Notes under the pieces: generated by a model
Databases searched by the model: none
Told to the model about the DNA's origin: nothing
What the model saw: only the letters and a program-made list of their open reading frames with translations
Program-made: the position numbers and the translations under genes
Shown here: positions 1 through 58,145 of the stretch, piece after piece
How positions within the stretch are numbered: position 1 is the first letter of the stretch
Layout of the letters: each line of letters opens with the position of its first letter
DNA from: Hormiphora californensis
Lineage: Eukaryota; Animalia; Ctenophora
Direction: 5' to 3'
Assembly: GCA_020137815.1 (NCBI GenBank)
Contig: CM035361.1
Location: forward strand, 6,626,595 to 6,690,594
DNA length: 64,000 nucleotides

Positions 1-1004
1 AAAAGTTTTCGTATAAACAACTGGCCCCCCCCCCCCCCCCATTTTCCCAAAACCGGGGGGCCCCCAGTTGCGTGATTATAACAACTCCCCCCCCCGATAA
101 TTTAACGGGGGGTCATAAGGGATAAATATGTCTGGGTTTAGGGTTCGAGTGAACCCAGGACACCCAATTTAAAGCCCGGGTCAACAACCCCTTTTGTTTT
201 TAGAGGTATTGGGCCCAAAAATCTCCTCTCGCTCTCTCTCTCTTCTCTCTCCTTTATCTCTCTCTTTTCTTCTCTATCTCTCCCCCCACCCCCTCTCCCT
301 TTTCTCCCCCCTTTTCTCTCTCTTTTCTTTTTCTCTCTCCTCTCGCTCCCCCTCTCTCTCTCTCTCTCTCTCCTAAAATTTTCACTCTTCCCCCCCTTTT
401 CTCTCTCGCCCCTCTCTCTCTCTCTTCTCTCCTCTCTCTCTCTCCCCCCCTTCTCTCCTCCTTTCAGAAAAGGGGCTCCCCGGGGGAGGAAGAGGGAAAC
501 AGAAAAACCTTTCCAATAAACCCAGACCCTCCTAAAAAATTTTGGGGGGAAAAGGGGGGTCAAGATTCACCCGAAAATCAATGTCAGTGCCCGGACCCAA
601 AGGGAAAATTTCCCCAGCCCCTACTGGGTATTACTATCTTCAAATTTTTATCCTTCCGGGCTCCCCTCCCCCCCCCCATTTTAGTTTGGAATGTAGGTTT
701 GGCCCCCCCCCCCTCCCCTTAATTACCCCCCCTTCTCCCTTTTTTCTAGCTTGATATGGAGTGTAAGGGTTGGGGATATTAAAGCCGCCCCCCCCCCCAT
801 TTCAAAATCCCCTCTCCCTCCCCACCTAAAAACCCTCTCTCCCCCGCTGGATAGGAGTGTAAAGGTTGGGGGAGTTTTTCACGCCAAAGCTCCCCCACCC
901 CCCCCCCCCCCAATACTAACTCCACTCCCCCACCTAACTAACTCAACTACCCCCCCCCCCCCCTAACTAACCCCCCACCCTAACTAACTCCCTCTCTCCC
1001 CTAG

Positions 1005-44675
<43,671 letters not shown>

Positions 44676-44879
44676 GTTAGAATGGTTTTGAAGTGAACAG
44701 GAGAGATTTTCACAAAAAATTATCCCAGTAGCCAGATAATTTTTTAAAGAAAATCCCTGCTGTTCTCTCTTGCTTAAACAGCACTAGAGATATCTATGTT
44801 ATTCAAATTTTTTATAACCAATTTGGCACTTCTTCTTAAATTGCTATGGCAACTAGATAGTATATAGGTCTAGATAGTA

Positions 44880-46026
44880 TCTAGGTCTGATTGTACCACT
44901 GTGATTTGTGGGGATTGCGTCCTCAGGAGAACTCGACAGGGCAATGAAATTATCCTGGAGTACTGTACAAAAACAAACACGAGTGTTTTAGAAAACAATT
45001 GTTTCACTACCAGTAGCCTGGTAGATCATCAGGAAAAAGAAAAGCGGCAAAGAGAGATTTGGATTTATGGGATTCGTTTCAAGCATTGTTCCTCCATGAT
45101 ATTTTGTTGTTTCAATGCAACTGCTTACCTAGTTGTCTACAAAGAGGGGCATCAATGTTCCACTCTACGTCGGAATTACATGTCCTCTCAGAGCTACCAT
45201 CTCGCACGTGCTTCTTCTGACAGTTGATTGTCACTGTCTCTCCGGGATCAGTATCGTTCCAACTTCCTTGCACTGATCCGTCCACGGTAAACCCGGGGCA
45301 AACTAAGGGAAGGAATGGACATAATAAAATAGTATTGATTCCAATGGTGGTATACTCCCCGTTCATCCACTAAGTTTTGTGAGAAAACACGGCGTGCCAC
45401 TCTTACTTTATACTTTAAGTGTTACTAAGTAATACAGTATATTAATAATAAATATTTATTTGCTTTTAGTTTATACCTGTTGGTTTTGCTCTGTAGCTGT
45501 CAGATGCAGTGTCCCAGGTGTCAAATTTTATCTTCTCCACATCTCCTCCCCACTTTGATACACAGGACTGGCCACTGAACTGGTAGTTCAGTACCTCCAC
45601 CCCGTTGCACTCTATACTGATGGCAGTAGCCGTCTTTCGAATTGTCCACATCTTGTTCACTTCCTCTGATGGTTGTACTGGGAGGGTAGTCCATGATCCG
45701 GTGCAGTAGCTGATGTAGTAGTTCATAGTTGAGGTAAATATCACCGCCACCCCCCCAATCAGACTCTCATCTGCAGCGTATTTATACACCGAGATCATGT
45801 CCCCACTCCCGGCAGTAGAGCTGGTTTTGATTTGAAGAGGGGTGCTCTCCAGATCAAATGGGATGTATGTATCACGTACTACTGGACTCCACGCTGAAAT
45901 GGGATGATATTATTTATAGTACAAACATAAATAACTTATCTCATCCACACATTATGGTCCTTTAGTCTCACCTCCTGTTGCAAGAGCCATGGACGGCAAT
46001 AGAATTGAAAACAGAAAAAGCCACAT
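44880..46026 (-). CDS. Secreted protein with the same uncharacterised domain plus a Sushi/CCP domain; nested antisense in ATG2
   Basis: Exon 45972-46026 is a signal peptide (MWLFLFSILLPSMALATG). Exon 45477-45893 reads WSPV..IPFDLESTPLQIKT...WTIRKT...ECNGVEVL. Exon ~45130-45304 has the Sushi pattern C-P...C...G...TC...W....PLC. The 3' end is approximate. Confidence 0.75.
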
Positions 46027-46375
46027 CTTTCCTTTTTGGATAGTCTTTGAAACACAGCGATTACATTGATTATAGTCCTATAGGGATGGATATTGTAATT
46101 ATAATATGTTCGCAAAAGGCAAGCTTCCCCTCGTCCGACCCGAAGTTGGAATCATATGGGTTTAGTTTGTCGAACCGGCAAGTTGCTAACATATTTCAAA
46201 TCTTCACTACTTCTCAAATGATCTAATCCCATACATTCAGTCTAATACCAAAATAAAATTGTAAATCCTATTAAAAATAGAGACAAAAATAATGGCACCA
46301 AAATGTGAAATGCCCTTGTAGTTAGTGGGAGCAGAACAAAATCAATTTCTTATCTCACCACGTTAATAAATAATT

Positions 46376-49300
46376 GGTAATATGGTAGTTCTGGGCTGAA
46401 CATTTTCGACCGCTTTAAAGCGCTTTAAAGCGTTCGAGAAAGCGCTTTATAGCGCTTTAAAGCGCTTTAAAGCGATACCGCTTTAAAGCGCACCGCTTTA
46501 AAGCGCTTTTAAAGCGCTAAAAGCGCTTTATAGCGGTTTCTGAAGCAATATAAAGCGCTTTCGAAAGCGCTATAAAGCGCTTTTAAAAGCGCTTTAAAGC
46601 GCCACCGATTTAAAGCGCTTTATTTTCAAAATTTAGCGCTTTAAAGCGTTTTGCAAGCGCTTTAAAAAGCGCTATGAAGCGCTATAAAGCGCTTCGTCAG
46701 ATCGCTTTAAAGCGCTATTTAGCGCTATTTAGCGCTTTATAGCGCTTTCGAAAGCGCTTTTAAAAGCGCTATAAAGCGCTAAATAGCGCTAGAAAGCGCT
46801 TTTAAAAGCGCTATAAAGCGCTTTATAGCGCTTTTAAAAGCGCTAGAAATCGCTTTCAATAGCGCTATAAAGCGCTACAAAGCGCTTTATAGCGCTTTTT
46901 AAAGCGCTTTATATAGCATATTTGAAAGCGCTTTATAGCGCTATACAGCGCTTTTAAAAGCGCTTTAGAAAGCGCTTTAAAGCGCTTTTAAGAGCGCTTT
47001 AAAGCGCTTTTTATAGCGCTAAAAAGCGCTTTCTAAAGCGCTTTTTAAAGCGCTAAAAAGCGCTTCTTAAAGCGCTAAAAAGCGCTTTTTAAAGCGCTTT
47101 AAAGCGATATAAAATGTGCTACTTCAACCGCTAAAAAGCGCTATAAAGCGCTAAAAAGCGCTTTGAAAAGCGCTTTAAAAAGCGCTAGGAAGCGCTTTTA
47201 AAAGCGCTTTCTAGCGCTTTATAAAGCGCTTTTCAAAGCGCTTTTTAGCGCTTTTTAAAGCGCTTTGAAGCGCCATAAAAAGCGCTATAAAGCGCTTTAA
47301 ATAGCGCTATGAAGCGCTTTTTATAGCGCTATAAAGCGCTCTTAAGCGCTTTTTGTGGCGCTTTAAAAAGCGCTTTATAGCGCTTTATAAAGCGCTATAA
47401 AGCGCTTCTTAAAGAGCTTTTTAAAGCGCTTTTTGTGGCGCTTTAAAAAGCGCTTTTTAGCGCTTTAACTAGCGCTGAAAAGCGCTTTAAATAGCGCTAA
47501 AAAGCGCTATATAAAGCGCTTTAAAGCGCTTTATATAGCGCTTTCTAGCGCTTTTTAAAGCGCTTTTAAAAGCGCTATTTAAGGCGCTTGAAAGCGCTTT
47601 TTATAGTAAAACGAGCTCATCACATGAAGCTTTCATAGATCGCCCTCACCACTACCAGTATCACCCAAACTATCTCCTGTTACCTCTGAATATCCAGCAA
47701 TCGCAGTCAACACTCAAACTAGTGCCACACAGAATAATAAGGTTGTTAATACCAAACCTGTTGACGGGGTAAAATCCCCTACACCTAGCAGCTTCAATTC
47801 TGAAAGTCCTGGATTTGACAGTGACCTTGTAAGGATCGGAACCGAACAAGGACACCCCCTTAGCCCGGAGTTTTTCAAGATGTTCCTTGACGAAATGTCC
47901 CAACTCTTAAATAGCTCGAAAGGACTATTTCCAGTACTAGGGGGCTGTGATGTCAACCACCTATTGTGGGCCGATGACATTGTGTTGCTAGCACTCGATA
48001 GCGGCTCGATGGACAGCCTCCTTGCTATCTTGGGAGATTACGCTACCACCTGGGAGCTAGAGATAAATACAGAAAAGACTAAGATCCTAGTCTTTAATCC
48101 TTCCGGCAGAGTTCTGAAGGACAGCCATGGATTTCAGCTGCTCGGTAAAACACTTGATTCGGTAAAAGAGTACACCTACCTGGGTATTGTATTCTCTGCC
48201 AGCGGAAGTATGAAGGCGGCAATCACTAACCTCTCCACCAAAGGGAGTAAAGCCGTCTTTCTCCTGAGGAAAACAGTGAATGGTGACTCCCTCTCAGCTT
48301 GGGCAGCTTTCAAGCTCTTTGACGCTCTAATAACTCCCATCATCACATACGGCTGCCCAATCTGGCTCCCGTATTCCGAATCTGCCAAGGTACTCCACTC
48401 TACACCTGCAAACTGTGAAACGTACATGAAGCGGATAACCGCTGACCCTTTCGAGAAAGTGCAACTCAAATTCATCAAATGGGCACTTGGGGTGCATAAA
48501 AAGAGCACCAACACCGCTTGCTACGGGGAGACTGGTAGAGCTCCAGTTTCGATCACGGTACTGAATCAATGCCTCCACTACTTCGCCAGGGTCATGTCCA
48601 AGTGTGGCGATGAAGACTCACTTCTAGGTCTAGCAGCAAAGGAGCAGAAAACTTTGGACCTGGACTGGTACACCTTCTGGAACAAGCTCCACAGTAGTAA
48701 CGGCCCCGCAAGGCAAACCATGGAACATCAGATGGTTACCCACTGGGAATCACTTCGCCAGAAGCAGTCAAAAATGCACTTCTACAATTCGGTTAAACCA
48801 AGCTACGGCTACGAGGATTACTTGAACATAAAAAGAGCGGACAGGAAGGAGGTAAGCAAAATCCGAGTTAGTGCCCACGACCTCAGGATCGAAACCTCAA
48901 GATACACCCAGTCAAACCAACCCAAACACTGTAGATTTTGCTGTGACGACCTGAATCGACGGCTACTTGACAACCTCCCCTTCCCTGAAACGATACTCGA
49001 AAGCGAGGAACATGTCATCACCACTTGTCCAGCATACCACCATATACGAGTCACCCTCCCTGAATCACTAAGATCCGCCATCGCAGAAAAGGATTTCCCC
49101 ACAGTATTCTCTGAATACCACTGCAGCTATCTTAACCGGTTCCTCAAGAGCTGCAAACTGCTTAGAGACTCATGGGTATCAAATCAATCGTGCAATACAT
49201 GAACTATGAACTTCTGTTTGAGGGTGTGTGTGTGTGGGTCTTGACCGTACATATGCCCACCCCCATCGGGGGCCGGTTACGTGCATGCTCGCAAATCCCC

Positions 49301-52300
49301 GGGTTTCGCGTTGTGTGTACGATGCTTGCTCGGTGATCATATGTACGATCTATATTTTTTTTGGTCTCTTCTTATTTGGACACAGATGGCTACAGTCGCA
49401 TATTTCGGCTACATTTTCTGTTTTTTGTTTCTAATTCTAATTCTACAATAATAAATAATAATATTCAAAAACCGAATAGAATGCTTTAAAAAGCGATTTA
49501 TAGCGCTTCATAAAGCGCTTTAAAGCGCTTTTTATAGCGCTTTCTAGCGCTTTATAAAGCGCTATAAAAAGCGCTTTAAGAGGCGCTTTAAAGCGCTTTT
49601 TATAGCGCTCTATAAAGCGCTAGAAAGCGCTATAAAAAGCGCTTTAAAGCGCTTTATGAAGCGCTATAAATCGCTTTTTAAAGCGCTTTCTAGCGCTTTA
49701 AGAGGCGCTTTAAAGCGCTTTATAGCGCTATAAAAAGCGCTTTATAAAGCGCTTTCGAGCGCTTTAACAAGCGCTATAAAGCGCTTCTTAAAGCGCTTTA
49801 TAGCGCTTTTTAAAGCGCTTGAAAGCGCTTTATAAAGCGCTATGAAGCGCTTTACAGCGCTTCATAAAGCGCTATAAAAAGCGCTATAAAGCGCTTTAAA
49901 AAGCGCTTTTTAAAAGACTTTATAAAGCGCTTTATAGCGCTATAAAAAGCGCTGCAAAGCGCTTTATATAGCGCTTTATAGCGCTTTATCAAGCGCTTTA
50001 TAGCGCTTTTTATAGCGCTATAAAGCGCTTGATATAGCGCTTTTTATAGCGCTTTAAAGCGCTATATAAAGCGCTATAAAGCGCTTTATAAAGCGCTATG
50101 AAGCACTATTTAAAGCGCTATAAGAAGCGCTTTAAAGCGCTTTATAGTGCATTTAAAAGCGCTTTTAAAAGCGCTTTAAAGCGCTTTAAAGCGCTCTAGA
50201 AAGCGCTTTTTAAAGCGCTTTATAGCGCTTTTAAAAGCGCTTTAAAGCGCTTTAAAGCGTTTTTAGAAACGCTTTCTGAAGCGATATAAAGCGCTTTTTA
50301 AAGCGCTTTAAAAAGCGCTTTTTAAAGCGCTTTATAGGTAGAAGGGCCACGGCCCTTGAACACCGCCACGTGGCGGTTTTAACCGCCACGTGGCCCCTGG
50401 ACGTGGCGTCAATTCTCAGGACGTGGCGCCAATGAGCCTTTTTGGCGGTGTTCATGTGGCGTTAATAGTCGAAATTGGCGCTTCGAATTGGCGCTTTTCT
50501 TTTTTGGCCCCAGGGACGTGGCGTTGGCCCCAGGACGTGGCGTCAATTTTGAGAGGATGGCGCCAATGGATTTTTAGTCGATTTTAGCGCCACGTGGTTT
50601 TTTGAATTTTCGGTGTGGCGTCAATAATTGACGCCACATAGTTGGCGCCACATAAACTCCGCCACATCAAAGCGCCAAAGTAATTATTAGCGCCATTTAC
50701 ATGGCGCTAATTAAGTTCTTACATGGCGATATATTTATATAAACACAGCTCTTTTTTAACTGTTCAATCCTTGATGCCTCTGTGGGTCTTTAGGGACTTC
50801 TACGGACATTCATGAATGTCCTGCAGGGACCTCTGGTGTCCTCTTGGGGCGTTTCAGGGGACTCTAGAGAACTCTAGTGGCTTTTTGGGGGCCTTGTGTG
50901 CTCATCTGGGGCTGCATTCGATCTTTCTGGGCTTTTGAGGGACTCTAATCGACTCTAGTGGCCTCTAGGGGTCTCTTGGAGCCTTCTAGGGGGCTTTTAG
51001 GTGACTCTAGCGCCTCCTGGGGGTCCCTAGGGGCCACTAGGGGGTTTCTGGTATCAGTTTATATGGCGCCAATTTACATGGCGCCAAAAAATTAGCGCCA
51101 AAAATTAGCGCCAAATGATAGGCCAAAAAAACAAATTGGCGATTCGAATTTTTCGGGTGTGGCGTCATCCGAAAGCGCCAAAAAATTTTGACATCTCCGC
51201 CACTCAAAAATTGACGCCCACGTCCTGGGGCCAACGCCACGTCCCTGGGGCCCAAAAAAGAAAAGCGCCAATTCAGAGCGCCAATTTCGACTATTAACGC
51301 CACATGAACACCGCCAACAAAAAAAAAAAAAAGGCCATTGGCGCCACCGTCCTGAGAATTGACGCCACGTCCAGGGGTCCACGTGGCGGTTTAAAACCCC
51401 GCCACGTGGGGGGTGTTTCAAGGGCCGTGACCCTTTACCGCTTTATAGCGCTTTTAAAAGCGCTGTACAAGCGCTTAATAAAGCGATTTTTAAACACCCG
51501 CTTTGTATTAAAAGCGCTTTATTATAGCGTTTTAAAAGCGATACACCGCTTTAAAGCGCTTAAAAAGCGCTTGAAAGGCGCTAACAAAGCGCTTAAAGCG
51601 CTATAAAGAGTTTTTTTGTTTTGAAAGAAGAAAAAAGCGCTTTTCTACTATTTTTTATAGCGCTTTTAAAAGCGCTTTTTTTTTTTTTTTATTTTTTAAA
51701 GCGCTCTTTTTTAACAAGCGCTTTATTTTTTTCTGCTCACGCGCCATCACAAAATAAAGCGCTTTTTTTTTTGTTAAACTGGTTGTGCTTGTGGCTGGGT
51801 TGGAGCGTTGTGGTGGCTCTTGGCTGGTGGGATGGTGTGTTTATGGCGTGGTTTGTGTTGGTGTGGTCCGTGGTGGGTGGGGGGGGTGGGTGGCTGGTGG
51901 TGTGTTGGTGTGGTTGTTGGTTGGGGGGTGGCGTTGTTTTGGAAATCGGTGGCACTGGTGTTGGCTTGGTTGGTTTTGGTGGCCGGGACCTTTTTGTTTT
52001 TTTTTTATTTTTTATCCTTTTTTTTAGGCGCTTTTGTCTTCTTTTGTTAATTTTTTTTTTTTTTTTTTTTTCTTTTTGCGTTTTGTTTTTTAATTTTTTT
52101 TTTTTTTTTGTTAAAATCCGGTGGCTGCGGTGGTGGTGGTGTGGCTGTGGGTTTGGTGTGGGGTGGTTGGCGTTTGGGTGGCGTGGTGGTTGGGTGGTTT
52201 GGCCGCTTTGCACGATTTAAAAAAAAAGCGCTTTTGGGGGAAAAGGAAGCGCTTTAAAGCGCTTTCGGAAGAAGAAAAAAAAAAGATATAGCCAAAAAGG

Positions 52301-53109
52301 GCTTTCTTATATCGCCCAAAAAAAGACCGTATCTTATTATTTATGTATTAATTATTTATTAATATTATTATTAAAGCAGCTTTTTAGCGCTTTTTTTATT
52401 TTAAAACGCTTTTTAAAGAGCGCAGGATGGTATGTGCTTTGGGGTGCGCCTTTGGTCTGTCTTGGTTTAGTGCGTTGCGCTTGCGTCTTGTAGAGCTGCG
52501 TGCGAGCGGTGTGTTCCTGGGCGGGATGGTGTTGCCTGGAGGGTGTGGCTTGCTGTCGCTTTTGTGCGCTTTGTTTTTTAAAGCGGTAGGTTGTTGGTTT
52601 TGCTTGGTTTTTTCTGGTTTTTTTTATATCGCTTTTTTTATTTTTATTTTAATTTTTTCTTTTTTTTTTTTTTTAAAGCGCTTTTTTTTTTTTTTTTTTT
52701 GTAAAGCGCTTATAAGCGCTTTCTTAAAACGCTTTAGTAAAGCGCTGTTTAACAGCGGTTCGGGTTTCGAAAAGTGCGAACTCGGCGATCGAATTCGAGG
52801 TTCGCTTCGAGTCTTTCGAGGCGTTTTTCGAAAAGTGTATTCGCGAAAAATCGCGACTGTTTCGTCGGGAAAGTGAAAAAGGGGGGTTCGAAAAGGAATT
52901 TTCTCGAATCGATCGAAAAGTGGAATCGGGAAAAAAAGGGCTTCCTCTCGCGAACGACGAAAATTTGCGGTGTCTCGATTTCGAAAGTTTGGGGTCGATC
53001 GAAATATCCGAAAAGGTTACCGCGAAAAAAAGTCTCGCGCGAAAGTGTTTTTCCAAGCCCAGAGAAGAAAAAGAGAACAGAGAGGAGTAGAGAAACTACC
53101 ATTATTACC
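46376..53109. mobile_element. Foldback-type DNA transposon with long arms built of AAAGCGCTTT subrepeats
   Basis: Termini ggtaatatggtagttctgggc / (noisy) gcccag..aactaccat(t)attacc; inner inverted repeats ~50340-50710 and ~51060-51430; the empty site is seen at ~57760. Confidence 0.8.
47610..49465 (+). mobile_element. 5'-truncated non-LTR retrotransposon (LINE) inserted in the foldback arm
   Basis: ORF 47880-49202 has the RT motif LLWADD, the thumb region (YTYLG) and a C-terminal C-x2-C...EEHVITTCPAY zinc knuckle; the 3' end is A/T-rich. Confidence 0.88.
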
Positions 53110-53599
53110 AAATATATAAAAATAATAATTAATTAAGTTGATGCTCTTCTTTTGTTTTAGAGGTGATTCCTCACGGAGTTTCTAACCGCCAGCCAATGGA
53201 TGAAATTTTGAATTTATCCCACTCTATTGTGTTGCACAATGCACAGGCTGTGGTTTTTTACGAAGTTTAGCGAAGTAAAGTTTAGTTAGTAGTTATACCC
53301 CTTGCCAGCAGGCCAAGCGCGTGCAAAATGTATGATGCGCAAGGTCGCCCGGCGACAGACGTCGTGAGGTGTTCTTCCGATTACCAAGCACAGGCTTGAT
53401 TGCTTTGCCACTTTGTTTGTCTACATTCTTTTTCTGTTGTTGTGTTCTTTTCTTGTGTGTAACAAAAAAAAAAAAGGGTGGCCCATGTTTATAAAAAAAA
53501 CAGGGGCATTTTTTTTTTTACCACATCATCGGCCATCACCATTTTCTATTATAGCTTTATTGTTCATTCATAACCTGAAATAAAATAATTTATTTTCAT

Positions 53600-55044
53600 T
53601 AATTTGCACCAAAAGGCTCAAAAGTTTTGAATATCAAATGTGTTGTAGGCGCCAAAATTTTGGTTGCAGGCGGCTAAAAACAAACAAAAGTTCAAAACAA
53701 ACCAAAAACTTACCAACAAAAGTTTTTTCAATTGATTATTATTAATTAATGTTTAATTAGAAAAATCAAAAAAAAATCGGCTCCGTTATGACTCTCGTAT
53801 ATTTTTTATACTACTAGAAACATACATACAAAGTTGTTTTTATTTTCGAAATTTCAAACGGTTGTTTAGTTGTTTGTATTTTGTGTAGGGCCACAGTTGA
53901 ATAATACAAAGTTGCCAAAAAAAATTGTTGCTAGGGGCAACAAAAATTGTGCAGGGGCAAAAGTTTTTTTGAAATTACTTATAATAATTAATTTAATTAA
54001 AAAAAGAAAATCAGGAAATCGCGGCTCTCGTTTATGACGCGTAGTATATCCAACTAGAACATGCATTCTGCAAAGTCTCGATTTCGAAAATATTCAAACG
54101 GTGTGGCCACAGTTCGAATATCAAATTTACCGAAAATGTGACAGGGTTAGGGCAAACATTTGCCCGCCAACAAAAAATGTAACAGGGGGCCCAAAATGTT
54201 GCAGGGGCAAAATTTTAATTGCTATTAATTAATGGATAATTAATTTTGACCTCTATTCCCACTTTTTGTCGAGCGTTCTATATGCATGAACTACATTACT
54301 AACCACAAAAGGTTTAGGCCGTTATTTATAGAGCAGAACAGAAAAATATACCATTTTGTTAGTCGCTATTGTTCAGGAAATGTTGCAGGGCGGTCGAAAA
54401 TCAGCGGTGGTTGTTGCAGGGGAAAAAGATGGATGCAGGGGCAGGCAAATTTTATATTAATTATAATTAATAGTTAAATTATTTAAAAATAATGAATCCA
54501 GGCCTTTTTAGGCCTGTAGTATACTACTAGAAACATGCATACAAAGTTTCATTCGAAAAAACAAAAGGTTTTGGCCCACAGGTTTGAATATCAAAATTGC
54601 AAAAAATGTTTGCAGGGGTTATTTGCCCCTGTACATTTTCAAAAAAGTTTGCAGGGAGGCCCCTTAAAAAAGTCCAATTTTTGCATGCCTATAACTATTA
54701 ATTAATTTAATTAATTTTCAATTACTCCCACCCACCTTCTTTTTCGAATATCATTTTTTATGATTTGACGGAAAAGAACCATCCTACCAAAGTTCAATTC
54801 GATATTTCAAGCAGAACGGAAGATAAACCGTGTGCAGGGGCACGCGTGGAGGCGGCAAAAAAATCACAAAGTACAGGGGCAATGGATTAGCTTATATATA
54901 ATTAATTAATTTAATTAAAAAATCAAAAATCCAGGCAGTTTATGACACGCAGTCATACTACTAGAACAGCTCTAACAAAAATTTTCATAGGTCCGATTAT
55001 CATCAAAACGATGTGCCGCAATCGCGCCTGAATGAAATTTGCCC

Positions 55045-55091
<47 letters not shown>

Positions 55092-55260
55092 AAAATCTTC
55101 TATTCTTCTGCTATATAGGGCCGTCACTTTTTGGATTTGGTGCAGGGGCAAAAATTTTTTTTTTCGTTTTTTCTGTTTTCTTCGGGTCGGAGGTGCCTGC
55201 CGGCACCTAAATATCAAGAATTGGTAGCGAATCCGTAAACTTGAAGGAGCCTTTATGGCC
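53600..55260. repeat. Degenerate ~200-bp subrepeat element (second copy ~58000-60350)
   Basis: Recurring tgcaggggcaaa...aattaattaaaaaatc...tactagaacatgcatacaaagtt modules. Confidence 0.6.
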
Positions 55261-56231
55261 AACCGCCGGCTGGCAAAATACCAGCAGATCCTAAACACAC
55301 AAACACACACACACCCGATGGACAACGTGCACCCATCCTTGGTGTTGTGTTATCAGTCACTGGGTGGCGTGTAAATACGTGTATGTAACCGGTTGGTTGA
55401 ATTGTTCATAAAATTACGGACGCAGTGTCAAGCGACTCAACCGGTTGGACTAGCTCACCCAACACCGTATCTTAGCACGAATCATACTGTATAGTAGTAT
55501 ACATGAGGTGAGGTGAGGGGTAAAGCAACGTATCGCTGGTTCCTAAGATGTGCATACAAGAGAGACAAGAGGTCAGAAGAGTTGGGAAAATAGATGAAAC
55601 AAGGGGTGTTATGTTAACTGATAAGAATACTGAATAGAGAGACTAGATAGGGGATCAGGTACTCACTTTGAGGAGCTCCATGATTCGTACATCTCATCTA
55701 GAGTGTTAAAACCGTACATCCGCATCATAACACAACGATCAATATCCTGCAGGGAGAGTTAATAATATTATTCAATTATCATATAATTATAACAATTAGC
55801 CCCCCATAATTTGAGTATTATTACTACTGATTATAATTAAATTAGCACTGAAACCGTGGGATTTAAAATGGCGGATCGAGTTACACACCGAAAAGGGAGT
55901 GTGAGAGGAGCTCCATCTGTGTCTACGACCCTATCAGGAGTTCTATGAGGGAGAGAGAGACACAAAAAACCGAAAGGACGCGTTACTACATAGTTATTGT
56001 TGCTGCATGTCATAGTACACACACACGCAGTGGTTGATTAGGCCGTAGCAGTGTGTGTGGAACTGTGGGAAGTGAATTCTTCAGTGAAATCTAAGAGAAT
56101 TATCCCGTGATTATTACCCAAATTGATAAAAGTATGCTCTTCTCTCTCGCTTCTCTCTTCCGTCTCATTCCTCTCTCGCTCTCTCTCTCTCTCTCTTCTC
56201 TCTCTCCTCTCGCTCTCTATCTCTTTCTCTC

Positions 56232-56265
<34 letters not shown>

Positions 56266-56266
56266 G

Positions 56267-56298
<32 letters not shown>

Positions 56299-56420
56299 GC
56301 TCTCTCTCTTCTCTCTATCTCTCTCTCTCTCTCTCTCTCCTCTCTGTCTCTCTCTCTGGTCTCTCTTGTCTCTCTCGTCTCTCGCTCTCTTCTCTCTCTC
56401 TCTCTTCTGTCTACTCTCTG

Positions 56421-56477
<57 letters not shown>

Positions 56478-57790
56478 ACTCTCTCTCTCTCTGTCTCTCT
56501 CTCTCTCTCTCTATCTCTCCTCTCTCCTTTCCGTTTCTCTTTGCTCATTTTGGATTCTGGGATGTTAATACAGCGGAACAGACCGGCGCTTCGTAAAGCA
56601 GCCTGAATATACATCAATTTTAAACATTTCATACCATGAGTGTTGTGTGTGTGTGTGTGTGTGTGTGTGTTGGTGACTGTGGGGGGATGTAACTCTTATA
56701 CATGTTTAACACTTAAAATAGATATGCTCCTAATGTTTTGTGTTACGCGTTCATCCTCTATCTATTAAGAAACGTGTATACCATTTGATAGACAGAATCT
56801 CTGGAGAACTGTCTTCTAAAATAACGGTGAAGGACAAGAGTAAAGGGATTGTGGTCTTCCTACTACAGATTGTACTTTGACAAGAGGCATATTGACCGAG
56901 TGTTGGTACGTGTGTTAGTATCGGACATGTACCTGGTTGAACATGGAATGTTCTTATCTGGTGACACGCCAAGTGACGGAGTCTGCACAGAGGGAGCTAT
57001 AATGGATCATCAGCTGCATCAACGTCAACAGAGCACCGCGATCTTATCCAGGTCACCTGGGGGAGAGAGAGCATTGAGCATGAGCATTCTCCCTCGCGAG
57101 AAAGATTGTTACAGGAATAGAGTATGAGATAGAGGACATGAAGAATATTAATATTGAGATTTGAGATGAGGGACATGAAGAGATTGTTATCATTCTAACC
57201 CGGCCTTTCCAAGAAGTGCATATTTACTAGATAAATCTATCTATTGTGTAGCTTGGGCTCACAATCTTCTAGAATAACGGAGGTATCTCCCCTTCCTCTT
57301 CCCTCTCTCTCCACTCACCCACTCTCTCACCCCCCCCCTATTTTTGGTGTACTCCAAGATCAGATGGCACACACGGGTGCCTCACAATTACAATTCATTC
57401 ATACGGTCCGTCATTCTTCCTAATAATTCCCAAGGTCTAAGCTAACTTCCCCTAACAAAGGGATGTTCTGATATGATAGTCTATAATATGTTCGCAAAAG
57501 GCAAGCTTCCACGTCGACCGAAGGTGGAATCAATAATGGGTTTAGTTGTCGAACGGCAGTATGCTAACATATTCAAATCATTCACTACTTCTCAAAGTGA
57601 TCAACCATACATTCGTCTAATACCAAAATAAAATTGTAAATCCTATTAAATACTAGAGACAAAAATAAACTTTTTTATTAGCACCAAAAATGTGAAATGC
57701 CCTTGTAGTTAGTCGGGAGCAGAACAAAATCAATTTCTTATCCTCACACGTTAATAAATAATTAATTAAGTGCTGCTCTTATTTGTTTAG

Positions 57791-57970
57791 AGGGTGCCAA
57801 GTTCTACCGCCAAGCCCTGGATGAAATTTATCCATTTTCATTGTGCACAAGCCACAGGCTGGTTACGAAGTTACCATTGCCAGCGGTGCAAGGTCGCACG
57901 CGACAGAGTTGAGGTTGTCTTCGATACCAAGCACAGGCTTGTGTAACAAAAAGGGGCATTTTTATAGCTT
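57791..57970 (+). CDS. ATG2: Probable next ATG2 exon (error-rich; second noisy copy at ~53161-53560)
   Basis: Acceptor tttgtttag|ag fits phase 1 after ...FNFP. The frameshifted reading (about FIVHKPQAGY...KKGHF) resembles the ATG2 segment that follows the FP(D)E motif. Confidence 0.45.
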
Positions 57971-58145
57971 ATTGTCATCATAACCTGAAATAAATAATTT
58001 TCATTACTTCACAAAGGCTCAAAGTTTGAATATCAACTTTGTGTAGGCGCAAATGGTGCAGGGGAAAAAGTTTTAATGATTTAGTATTAATTAAATTAAT
58101 TAGAAAATCAAAAATCGGCTCGGTTATGACTCGTATGCTATTAAA

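Noticed and set aside
1-1000. ORFs at the window start
   Set aside because: The sequence is low-quality and homopolymer-rich. Only a garbled ATG2 exon end (about ...PGPK near 600) is suggested.
51600-53100. Hydrophobic or Lys-rich ORFs
   Set aside because: This is the degraded right arm of the foldback element with basecalling noise.
56700-57460. Possible additional exons between the duplicated blocks
   Set aside because: No recognisable motif or consistent frame could be read.
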